Notes under the pieces: generated by a model
What the model was told of the DNA's origin: nothing
Database searches by the model: none
The model's input: only the letters and a program-made list of their open reading frames with translations
Part shown: positions 17,945 through 25,670 of the stretch, in pieces
Layout: every line of letters begins with the position of its first letter
How positions within the stretch are numbered: the stretch's first letter is position 1
Assembly (NCBI GenBank): GCA_034665465.1
Contig: JAXDFS010000040.1
Coordinates: 1 to 30,837, forward strand
From: Solirubrobacteraceae bacterium
Lineage (GTDB): Bacteria; Actinomycetota; Thermoleophilia; Solirubrobacterales; Solirubrobacteraceae
Direction of reading: 5' to 3'
Length of the DNA: 30,837 bases
Made by a program: the position numbers and the translations under genes

Positions 17945-18331
17945 GTGGGCGATGGCATGCGTGTGGACAAGTGGCTGTGGGCATCGCGCCTGCTGAAGAC
18001 CCGCACGCTCGCGGCGGAGGCGGTCAAGGGCGGGCGCGTGCAGGTCAACGGCGCGCGGGTGAAGCCCAGCCGCGAGGTCGGGGCCGGCGACGAGCTCGAG
18101 GTCACGATCGGCCGGGTTCGCCGAACGGTCGTCGTGCGCGGGGTCGCCGAGCGCCGCGGGCCCGCGAAGGAGGCCCAGCTGCTCTACGAGGAGACGGCGG
18201 AGAGCGTGGCCGCCCGCGAGCTGCAGCGCGAGCGCGACCGGCTGGCGTCGCCGCCGCCGGGAGCCGACCTCGGCGCGCGGCCGACGAAGCGCGACCGCCG
18301 GCGGCTGGACTCGACGCGGGGGCGGCGGTAG
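17945..18331 (+). CDS. hslR: S4-domain heat-shock protein 15 (ribosome-associated)
   Basis: MRVDKWLWASRLLKTRTLAAEAVKGGRVQVNG..KPS..V..GD...A.LLYEET...GARPTKRDRRRLD. Start is GTG 17945 or ATG 17957. Confidence 0.9.
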   Translation: MGDGMRVDKWLWASRLLKTRTLAAEAVKGGRVQVNGARVKPSREVGAGDELEVTIGRVRRTVVVRGVAERRGPAKEAQLLYEETAESVAARELQRERDRLASPPPGADLGARPTKRDRRRLDSTRGRR

Positions 18332-18373
18332 CGGGGCTCCGTGTTCGCCTGCGGCGCGAGCTTCACTGTGGGA

Positions 18374-18396
18374 TTTTGAGCGCATAACGCTCAAAA
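18374..18396. repeat. AT-rich perfect inverted repeat
   Basis: TTTTGAGCG-CATAA-CGCTCAAAA in the hslR to GT module 2 intergenic region. Confidence 0.85.
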
Positions 18397-18441
18397 GTCG
18401 CCAGCCGTCGCGGGATGGTGGCCGGGGGGCTCCGGCGTGCC

Positions 18442-18468
18442 TCAAGGCCGCGCTCGCCCGGACGATTA
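18442..18468 (+). promoter_or_regulatory. sigma28-type promoter for GT module 2
   Basis: CTCAAG: TCAA-N15-GACGATTA. GTG 18477 lies 8 nt downstream. Confidence 0.7.
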
Positions 18469-18476
18469 CCCTGGCC

Positions 18477-19271
18477 GTGACCTCCGACGCCGTGATCGGC
18501 ATCGTGCCGGCGTCCGCCCGCAGCCGGGAGGATCTGGAGCGCCTCGCCCGTTGCCTGACGTCCGCGCGGGCGACCGCGCCGGCGCTCGCGCTGCTCGTCG
18601 CCGAGACCGGCTGGTCGGAGCCGGCCCTCATGGGCGCCGTCGCCGCAGAGGCGACCGGCCGCGACCTCGTCCACGCGCCCTACGAGGGCGAGCAGCCCAG
18701 CGTGGGCGCCACCGTGGCCGCCGGCATGGGCGTCGCGCTGGAGCTGGGCTGCGCGGCGGTCGTCATCGACCCCGACGTCGAGTTCCGCGAGCCCGGCTGG
18801 CTCGAGCACATGCTCGCCCGCACCGACACCAAGGGGCGCCCCGCCGCCGTGGTCGGCGCGCGCACGGTGTACGCGGGTGCGATCGTCGAGCAGGCCGGCA
18901 TCTACTTCTCGCTGTTCGAGCGCCGCCTGCGCCCGCGCTATCGCTCGGCGCCGAGCGGCCTGCCGGCGGCGTCGACCCCGGCCTGCTGCCCGGTGGGCGC
19001 CGGCGTGGTGCTCGTGCGGCTGGACACGATGCAGGCCGTCGGGCGCTACGACGCGGCCTGCGCGGCCGGTCACGAGACGCTGGACTACTGCCTGCGCGCG
19101 TTCGGCGCGGGCCTGGAGTGCATCCTGGAGCCGGCGGCCGAGGCGGTGCGCCTGCGCTCGCCGGGAGCCGACTCGGCGTTGCCCGCGCGCGCCGTCGAGC
19201 GCTCCGAGCAGCACTTCAACGCCAAGCACCGCGCGACCGACATGTCCCCGTGGATTCCGGCCGTCCTGTGA
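18477..19271 (+). CDS. GT2-fold protein (module 2), catalytic motifs eroded
   Basis: Clear paralogue of the module 1 and 3 GT2s (DPDVEF.EPGWLEHMLART....[25 protein letters not shown]). VVDDCS is replaced by VAETGW and EDVD by ETLD. Confidence 0.82.
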   Translation: MTSDAVIGIVPASARSREDLERLARCLTSARATAPALALLVAETGWSEPALMGAVAAEATGRDLVHAPYEGEQPSVGATVAAGMGVALELGCAAVVIDPDVEFREPGWLEHMLARTDTKGRPAAVVGARTVYAGAIVEQAGIYFSLFERRLRPRYRSAPSGLPAASTPACCPVGAGVVLVRLDTMQAVGRYDAACAAGHETLDYCLRAFGAGLECILEPAAEAVRLRSPGADSALPARAVERSEQHFNAKHRATDMSPWIPAVL

Positions 19272-20323
19272 GCCTGCCGGACACGCTCTTCGTCGGCAAG
19301 GCGGGCAGCGGCATCTGCTGGTATCGCTGCACGCTGCCTGCGATGGCGCTGGGGCTGGACTGGGTGAGCGTCGCCGGCGACCCGCCGCAGGCCGCCGTCC
19401 GCACCGGGCTGACCCGCGAGCCGGTGGGGCTGGCGGACCTCTCGCGCTACGAGGTCGTCGTCCTGCAGCAGCCCTTCGCCACCGGCTGGAAGCAGGTCAT
19501 CCGCGACTTAAAGGCCGCGGGCACCACGGTGCTCTTCGAGATCGACGACTACGTGCACGCGGTGCGCAAGATGCACAGCCACGAGCTGCAGAAGTACTTC
19601 ACCAAGGAGCTGCTGGCGTCGGCCGAGTGCAACATGCGGCTCGCCGACGGCGTGATCTGCTCGACGCCCTACCTCGCGCGCCGGTACACGAGCCTGCACC
19701 GGCGCATCTGGGTCTGCACGAACGGCCTGGACCTCGCCCGCTACGACCTCGAGCCGCCGCCGCGCGACGGCGTGACGATCGGCTGGGCGGGCGGCATCGG
19801 CCACGACGAGGCGGTGCGCGCCTGGCTGCCGGCCGTCGCCGAGGTCCTGCGGGCGCGCCCGCAGGCGCGCTTCGTGACCGTCGGCGCCCCATTCGCGCAG
19901 CTGCTCGAGCGCGAGTTCGGCGCCGAGCGCTGCCAGAGCGTCCCGGGCGCCCCGCTGGAGATGTATCCCGCCGCGATGACGCGCTTCGACATCTCGATCG
20001 CGCCCGCGGCCCACAACAAGCTCTACCGCGGCAAGAGCGACCTGCGCTGGCTGGAGTCCTCGGCGCTGGGCACGCCTGTCGTCTGCGATCCGTTCACCTA
20101 CGCCGGCGTCGAAGACGGCGTCACCGGCTTTCACGCCCGCACCGGCGCCGAGGTGCGCGACGCGCTGATCGCACTCGTGGACGACCCGGCGCTGCGCAGC
20201 CGCGTCGGCGAGGCCGCCCGCGCCCACGTGCGCGAGCACCGCTCCGCGACCGTCGCTGCGCAGCAGTGGGCGCGGGTGCTGCGCGAGGTCGCCGAGCTGC
20301 GCGCCGTGGCGTCTGCCGCCTGA
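19268..20323 (+). CDS. GT-B/GT4-like glycosyltransferase (module 2)
   Basis: GTG 19268 (GTGA overlap). CWYRCTLPA, FEIDDY, DGVICST, GWAGGIGH, YRGKSDLRWLESSALGTPVV. Confidence 0.88.
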   Translation: MSLPDTLFVGKAGSGICWYRCTLPAMALGLDWVSVAGDPPQAAVRTGLTREPVGLADLSRYEVVVLQQPFATGWKQVIRDLKAAGTTVLFEIDDYVHAVRKMHSHELQKYFTKELLASAECNMRLADGVICSTPYLARRYTSLHRRIWVCTNGLDLARYDLEPPPRDGVTIGWAGGIGHDEAVRAWLPAVAEVLRARPQARFVTVGAPFAQLLEREFGAERCQSVPGAPLEMYPAAMTRFDISIAPAAHNKLYRGKSDLRWLESSALGTPVVCDPFTYAGVEDGVTGFHARTGAEVRDALIALVDDPALRSRVGEAARAHVREHRSATVAAQQWARVLREVAELRAVASAA

Positions 20324-20373
20324 CGCGGGCGCGCGTGCACGGGCTGCGGCGCGTCGCCATCTAGCCTCCGCTG

Positions 20374-21351
20374 ATGCTCGCAGCTTGGTACGAGCGGCCG
20401 GGACCGGCGTCCGAGGTCCTTCAGGTCGGTGAGATGGCGGTGCCGCAACCGGGCCCTGGGGAGGTCCGGGTACGCGTGACCGTCTCCGGCGTCAATCCCG
20501 GCGATACGAAGAAGCGCGCGGACTGGGTCGGCAGCGGGATGCCGTTTGCGCGGGTCGTTCCGCACAGCGACGGTGCGGGCGTGATCGAGGCCGTCGGCGA
20601 CGGCGTGGACCCTGCCCGTGTCGGCCGGCGCGTCTGGGTGTACGGCGCGCAGTCCTACCGGCCTTTCGGCACCGCCGCCCAGTTCACGACCGTGCCCGCC
20701 GAGCAGGCACGGGAGCTGCCGGACGCCGTCAGCGACGCGATCGGCGCCTGCCTGGGCATTCCCGGCATCACGGGCCACCGCGCGGTCTTCGCAGACGGGC
20801 CGGTGGCCGGGAAGACGATCCTGGTCCATGGCGTGCTCGGATCCGTCGGCCTGATGGCGGCGCAGCTTGCAGGCTGGGGCGGGGCGACCGTCATCGGGAC
20901 CGTGCGTCGCAGCAGCGACCTCGACCAGGTCGATGCGACGGTGGCACACGCCGTGGCGCTGGACGAGCCCGAGCCGGCCGCGGCGATCCGCGCGCTCGCC
21001 CCCGGCGGCGTGCAGCGAATCGTCGAGGTCTCGTTCTCCGACAACGCGGATCTCGATGCCGCGATCGCCGCGCCGGACGCGGTCATCGCCGCGTACGCGT
21101 CACGCGACGCGCGGCCGGACTTCCCGTTCTGGACCATGCTCTTCGCGAACGTCACGATCCGCCTGCTCGGCAGCGACGACTTCCCGCAGGACGCCAGGCG
21201 GCAGGCAGCCGAGGACCTCACGAGCGCGGCGCGCGACGGAGCGCTCTCGATCCCGATCGGCGAGCCGCTGGGCCTCGACCGCATCGCCGAGGCCCATGAC
21301 CGCGTGGACGCCGGGCCGCGACAGCGCGTGCTGGTGACGATCCCCGACTGA
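20374..21351 (+). CDS. NADPH:quinone reductase / zinc-independent MDR-family oxidoreductase
   Basis: GVNPGDTKKR, VPHSDGAGVIEAVGDGV, GRRVWVY, GTAAQF, ILVHGVLGSVG. TAGCCT -10 (20362-20367) lies 6 nt before the ATG. Confidence 0.9.
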   Translation: MLAAWYERPGPASEVLQVGEMAVPQPGPGEVRVRVTVSGVNPGDTKKRADWVGSGMPFARVVPHSDGAGVIEAVGDGVDPARVGRRVWVYGAQSYRPFGTAAQFTTVPAEQARELPDAVSDAIGACLGIPGITGHRAVFADGPVAGKTILVHGVLGSVGLMAAQLAGWGGATVIGTVRRSSDLDQVDATVAHAVALDEPEPAAAIRALAPGGVQRIVEVSFSDNADLDAAIAAPDAVIAAYASRDARPDFPFWTMLFANVTIRLLGSDDFPQDARRQAAEDLTSAARDGALSIPIGEPLGLDRIAEAHDRVDAGPRQRVLVTIPD

Positions 21352-21401
21352 ACTGAAAACCCGCCCGGCTGACGCCGCCGGCTCGCGGTAGCGTCCCCCG
21401 A

Positions 21402-22067
21402 ATGCGACGCACCCCCGCACAGCGGGCCCTGCGCCAGCTTCGTCGGGTGCGGTCGTACAAGCGCTACCACCGCCGAACGCGGCGGCGGGTGCCCTGGCTG
21501 CAGACGATCGCCGTGACCGCGTTGCTGCCGCTCCTGTCGCTGATCTCGCGAGTGCGGATCGCCGGGCGCGAGAACATCCCCGACGGCGGCTATATCGCAG
21601 CGGCCAACCATCGTTCGAATCTCGACGCGCTGTTCGTCGCGCTTGCGATCCGGCGGCGCATCAGGTTCATGGGAAAGAGCGAGCTCTTCGACGGGCGCTG
21701 GGGATGGCTGCTGAACCGCATGGGGGCCTTCCCGGTGCAGCGCGGCGTGTGGGACGTGGAGGCGTTCGAGACCGCGGCGACGGTGCTCAACCGCGGGCTG
21801 GTGATGAGCATCTTCCCGGAGGGCGGGATACACACCGGTCGCGTGGCGGCAAAGTCCGGCGTCGGGCACATCGCCCACCTCGCCGGCGCGACCGTCCTAC
21901 CGGTCCACCTGGACGGGACCCGCTCGCTGTACACGCCGTGGCGCTGGCCGAAGGTGCGGGTCGAGATCGGCGCCCCGTTGTACGTCGAGGAGCTCGCGCA
22001 GCCCTCCCGCGAGCAGTCACAGCGCACCGCGCAGCGCATCCTCGACGCGATCTACGACCTCGCTTGA
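21402..22067 (+). CDS. 1-acyl-sn-glycerol-3-phosphate acyltransferase (PlsC family)
   Basis: NHRSNLD (HxxxxD), FMGKSELF, GAFPVQRG, IFPEG. TAGCGT -10 (21389-21394) lies 7 nt before the ATG. Confidence 0.9.
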   Translation: MRRTPAQRALRQLRRVRSYKRYHRRTRRRVPWLQTIAVTALLPLLSLISRVRIAGRENIPDGGYIAAANHRSNLDALFVALAIRRRIRFMGKSELFDGRWGWLLNRMGAFPVQRGVWDVEAFETAATVLNRGLVMSIFPEGGIHTGRVAAKSGVGHIAHLAGATVLPVHLDGTRSLYTPWRWPKVRVEIGAPLYVEELAQPSREQSQRTAQRILDAIYDLA

Positions 22068-22099
22068 ACGACGTCGCCGGGGCCGGGCCCGCGACTCCA

Positions 22100-22915
22100 T
22101 CAACCGCCGGGAATCTCCGCGTCCAGAAACGGCGTGATCATCGCCATCAGCCACCCGGAGCGGTCCAGCAGACCGTGACCCGGCGGCACGAAGTGGCTGG
22201 TGCCGGGAAGCACCGCGAGCTGTGATCGGGGCAGGCCTTCGATGTCGCCCATCACCCCGCCTCCCAGCAGCCCGAAGAGCTCCACGGCGTGCTCGAGGCG
22301 GACCCCGTCGCTGTCGCCCAGGACGATCAGCGTGGGCGCTTCGATCCGGGGGATGTCCTCTCGCCAGCTGAAGTCGGTCGTGTCGAGTCGGGTGAGCTTC
22401 TCGACGAGCCTCGGGAAGTCGCCTGGGTTGGGCGCCGTGCGCAGGTACGCCTCCTCGATCGGCGAGCCCGCGAAGAGCTCGGGGGTGATCGACGGGAACA
22501 TCTCCAGCGCCACGGCGTGCATCCCGTCGGCGGCGAACGACGCGGCCGCCACGACGAGCCTGCGCACGAGATCGGGATGGCGGATCGCGAGCTGCAGGGC
22601 GATGGCGCCCCCCATGCTGTAGCCCACGACGTCGGCGGCGGGAATCTCCAGGTGGCGCAGCAGCGCGGCGGTGTCGTCGGCCATCTGCTCGTAGGTCAGC
22701 GGGCGGTCGATGTCGGCCGTCCGCCCGTGCCCCTGCTGCTCGACGGCGATGACCTGCCGGCCCTCGGCCAGCGCGGGCAGGATCGGGCCCATCAGGTCGA
22801 TCGTCATGTACGCGCCGTGCAGGAGCAGCAGCGGCCTGCCCTGGCCGTGGATCTCGTAGTACATGCGCAGGCCCTCGACCGGCGCGTAGCCGCTGTGCGG
22901 ATCACTGTTCGGCAT
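22100..22915 (-). CDS. Alpha/beta-fold hydrolase
   Basis: [32 protein letters not shown] (GxSxG), GDSDGV, LPGTSH. Start taken at ATG 22915, 7 nt after a minus-strand TAGCGT (22923-22928). Confidence 0.9.
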   Translation of the reverse strand: MPNSDPHSGYAPVEGLRMYYEIHGQGRPLLLLHGAYMTIDLMGPILPALAEGRQVIAVEQQGHGRTADIDRPLTYEQMADDTAALLRHLEIPAADVVGYSMGGAIALQLAIRHPDLVRRLVVAAASFAADGMHAVALEMFPSITPELFAGSPIEEAYLRTAPNPGDFPRLVEKLTRLDTTDFSWREDIPRIEAPTLIVLGDSDGVRLEHAVELFGLLGGGVMGDIEGLPRSQLAVLPGTSHFVPPGHGLLDRSGWLMAMITPFLDAEIPGG

Positions 22916-22964
22916 GCGGCGCACGCTATCGCGACCGGCCGGATCCCTCGACCCCCGGCGGGGC

Positions 22965-22991
22965 TCAAGAACGCCCTCCAGCGGCCGACCA
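22965..22991 (+). promoter_or_regulatory. sigma28-type promoter for GT module 3
   Basis: CTCAAG: TCAA-N15-GCCGACCA. GTG 22999 lies 7 nt downstream. Confidence 0.8.
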
Positions 22992-22998
22992 CCTGCGC

Positions 22999-23799
22999 GT
23001 GACGGATTCCCTCGCCTGTCTCGCCGTCGTGCCGACCTACCTGCGCACCGAGCAGGACCTCGACGTGGTCCTGCGCTGCCTGGTCTCCCTGCGCCAGACC
23101 GCCCCGGAGGTCGAGGTGCTCGTCGTCGACGACTGCAGCCCGGCCACGAAGCTGGCCGACCTCATCGAGATGGCCGCCGAGGAGCTCGAGATCGAGCTTT
23201 GCCGGCTGCCGCTCAACGGCGGCTACTCGCGCGCGGTCAACGCAGGCCTGCGGCGCGCCCGCGACGGGGGCCGCGACGCCCTGCTCGTCGACTCCGACGT
23301 CGTCTTCGACCACTCCGGCTGGCTCTCGCCGATGATCGCGCGCACCGGCACCGACGGCATGCCGGCGGCCGTCGTCGGCGCGCGGCTGCTCTTCCCCACC
23401 GGGATGCTCCAGCACGCCGGCCTGCACTACTCGACGCTCACGCGCGACTGGTCGCACCGCATGACGTTCGGCCCGGCCGACCTGCCCGAGGCGCTCGTGC
23501 CGTGCAGCTGCCCCGTGAGCGCCGCGCTGCAGCTCATCCGCCACGAGTGCCTCACCGCCGTCGGCCTCTACGACGAGAGCTTTCGCATGGGCTACGAGGA
23601 CGTCGACTACTGCCTGCGCGTGTTCGCCTCGGGCCGCGAGTGCGTCTACGAGCCCGCGGCCTGCGCCACCCACGCCGAGAAGACCTTCCGCGGGCGCCCC
23701 GGCGACGGCCAGGCCGACTGGGAGCAGCAGTCGCTGCGCGCGCTCAACACGAAGTATCCGACCATCGAGATGACGGGATTCCGGCCGTGCTACGAGTGA
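22999..23799 (+). CDS. Family 2 glycosyltransferase (module 3; motifs intact)
   Basis: [47 protein letters not shown]. Confidence 0.9.
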   Translation: MTDSLACLAVVPTYLRTEQDLDVVLRCLVSLRQTAPEVEVLVVDDCSPATKLADLIEMAAEELEIELCRLPLNGGYSRAVNAGLRRARDGGRDALLVDSDVVFDHSGWLSPMIARTGTDGMPAAVVGARLLFPTGMLQHAGLHYSTLTRDWSHRMTFGPADLPEALVPCSCPVSAALQLIRHECLTAVGLYDESFRMGYEDVDYCLRVFASGRECVYEPAACATHAEKTFRGRPGDGQADWEQQSLRALNTKYPTIEMTGFRPCYE

Positions 23800-24854
23800 A
23801 CGAGACCGCGCCCAACGTCCTCTTCGCCGGCCTGGCCGCGACCCCCCTGTGCTGGTATCGCTGCGCGCTGCCCGCGCGCGCCCTCGGCGCCGACTGGACC
23901 GGCGTCAGCGGCGATCCGGACGCCATGATCTTCCACACCGGCCACGCCGGGCGCCCGCTGCGCGGCATCGAGGACTTCGCGACCTACGACATCGTCGTGC
24001 TCCAGCAGAAGCGCGGGTGCGCATGGGTGCGCGCGATCCGCGACCTCCAGGCCGCCGGCGTGAAGGTCCTCTACGAGATCGACGACTACGTGCACGGCGT
24101 CGCCAAGGCCAAGAACCACGACTTCGCCTCGCAGTTCGACCGCAGGCAGCTCACCGAGCACGAGCAGGCCATGCGCGCCTGCGACGGCGTCATCTGCTCG
24201 ACGCGCTACATCGCCACCCGCTACCGCGCCTTCAACGCCAACGTGTGGGTCTGCGAGAACGGCCTGGACATGGGCCGCTATGCGCTCACCCGGCCCGCGC
24301 GCGACACCGTCACGATCGGCTGGTCGGGCGGCACCGGGCACCGGCCCGCGCTCGCGCCCTGGCTGCGCGAGCTGCAGGCGGTCATGGACGCCCGGCCGAG
24401 CACCCGCTTCATGACGGTCGGCGATCGGGGTTACACGGCGCCGTTCGCCGCGCGCTACGGCGCCGGGCGCGCGATCGAGCTCGGCTGGGCCGCGCTCGAG
24501 GTCTACCCCGCCGCGATGACGCACTTCGACGTCGCGCTGGCCCCGGCTACCAACAGCGGCTTCTTTCGCGGCAAGAGCGACCTGCGCTGGCTGGAGGCCT
24601 CGGCCCTCGGAATCCCGATCGTCGCCGACCCCGCGCTGTACCCGGCGATCGAGCACGGCGTCACCGGCCTGCACGCCGCCTCGTCCGCCGCCGCCCGCGA
24701 GGCGATCCTCGCGCTCGTCGACGACCGCGCGCTGCGCGACCGCATCGGGACCGCAGCACGCGAGCACGTCGGCGAGCACCGCTCCAGCGCCGCCGTCGCC
24801 CCGCAATGGGCGGCCGCTTTCGCTCAGGCGCGCGCGATCGCCCGCGCCGCCTGA
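23796..24854 (+). CDS. GT-B/GT4-like glycosyltransferase (module 3)
   Basis: GTG 23796 (GTGA overlap). CWYRCALPA, YEIDDY, GWSGGTGH, FRGKSDLRWLEASALGIPIV. Confidence 0.88.
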   Translation: MNETAPNVLFAGLAATPLCWYRCALPARALGADWTGVSGDPDAMIFHTGHAGRPLRGIEDFATYDIVVLQQKRGCAWVRAIRDLQAAGVKVLYEIDDYVHGVAKAKNHDFASQFDRRQLTEHEQAMRACDGVICSTRYIATRYRAFNANVWVCENGLDMGRYALTRPARDTVTIGWSGGTGHRPALAPWLRELQAVMDARPSTRFMTVGDRGYTAPFAARYGAGRAIELGWAALEVYPAAMTHFDVALAPATNSGFFRGKSDLRWLEASALGIPIVADPALYPAIEHGVTGLHAASSAAAREAILALVDDRALRDRIGTAAREHVGEHRSSAAVAPQWAAAFAQARAIARAA

Positions 24855-25660
24855 CGCAGGATCAGGTCGTCGCGCACGCCGTCGCAGAGGCCGTCGCGCA
24901 GGTCGAACTCGGCCCATGAGCGAAACGTCGGCGCGTCGGCGCGACCGCGCGCCATCTTGACCGCGAACTCGCTGCGCGACTTGCTCCAGTAGTGATTCAG
25001 GCGCAGGCGCGCCACCGAGACCGTCGCGCTGAACGGCCCGTGCACCGGGCGCCCGAGCTCGTCGACCGCCGCGGCGCCGCCGGCGTACTGCAGGAAGTGG
25101 GGGTTCGAGCAGCCCGTGACCGCGCGCGGGTCGACGATGCTCTTGACGTGCGAGTTCAGCGGCCGGTGGCCGCCGCCCGCCAGCGCCAGGTGCGCGTAGG
25201 GCACGACGTGGTCCAGCGCGCCGCGTCGCGTGAAGTTCTCCAGCACGCCGCCGGGCGGGCGCTCGATGTGCCCGGAGGAGCCGAACGAGACCCAGTTGAC
25301 CACGAGCGCTGGGTGCGCCTCGTAGGCGGCGAGGACGTCGCGCAGGTCGGCGTCGGGCTCGGGGGCGAAGAGGAACTCGTCGACGTCGACGAACGCGATC
25401 CAGCGCGAGGCGCCGGCATGCGCGGCGGCACAATGGGCGTACGCGCGCATCTGCGCGACCGGCCCCGGCGCCTGGTAGAGCGTGACGAGGCCGGCGGCGA
25501 CGTAGGGCGCCAGCAGCGTCTCGGGCTCGTCGGCGCTGTCGTTGTCGTAGAGGTAGAAGTGCTCGACCCCCACGCCGAGGTGGAAGTCGATCCACTCGCG
25601 CAGGTACTCCCCCTCGTCGCGGAAGATCGCGCCGATCGAGAGGTAGCTCGCCGCATGCAT
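24824..25660 (-). CDS. GT92/DUF23-like glycosyltransferase
   Basis: YLSIGAIFRDEGEYLREWIDFHLGVGVEHFYLYDNDS...WIAFVDVDEFLF...KSIVDP...LNHYWSKSRSEF..K..RG. Start is ATG 25660 or GTG 25666. Confidence 0.85.
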   Translation of the reverse strand: MHAASYLSIGAIFRDEGEYLREWIDFHLGVGVEHFYLYDNDSADEPETLLAPYVAAGLVTLYQAPGPVAQMRAYAHCAAAHAGASRWIAFVDVDEFLFAPEPDADLRDVLAAYEAHPALVVNWVSFGSSGHIERPPGGVLENFTRRGALDHVVPYAHLALAGGGHRPLNSHVKSIVDPRAVTGCSNPHFLQYAGGAAAVDELGRPVHGPFSATVSVARLRLNHYWSKSRSEFAVKMARGRADAPTFRSWAEFDLRDGLCDGVRDDLILRQAARAIARA

Positions 25661-25670
25661 GCTCACGGAC

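Noticed and set aside
18374-18396. Palindrome as an intrinsic terminator of hslR
   Set aside because: The stem is followed by an A-run, not a U-run, on both strands.
1275-18417. Other TCAA sites at 1275, 5881, 9951 (minus) and 18391
   Set aside because: No GCCGA-like -10 at 15-16 nt spacing.
13901-18631. Long ORFs 13927-17268(+), 13901-16225(-) and 16889-18631(-)
   Set aside because: Shadows of hrpA with low-complexity translations.
18477-19271. Calling GT2-2 (or GT4-1, or flhF) a pseudogene
   Set aside because: The frames are uninterrupted, full length, promoter-bearing and translationally coupled. Only catalytic motifs are altered.
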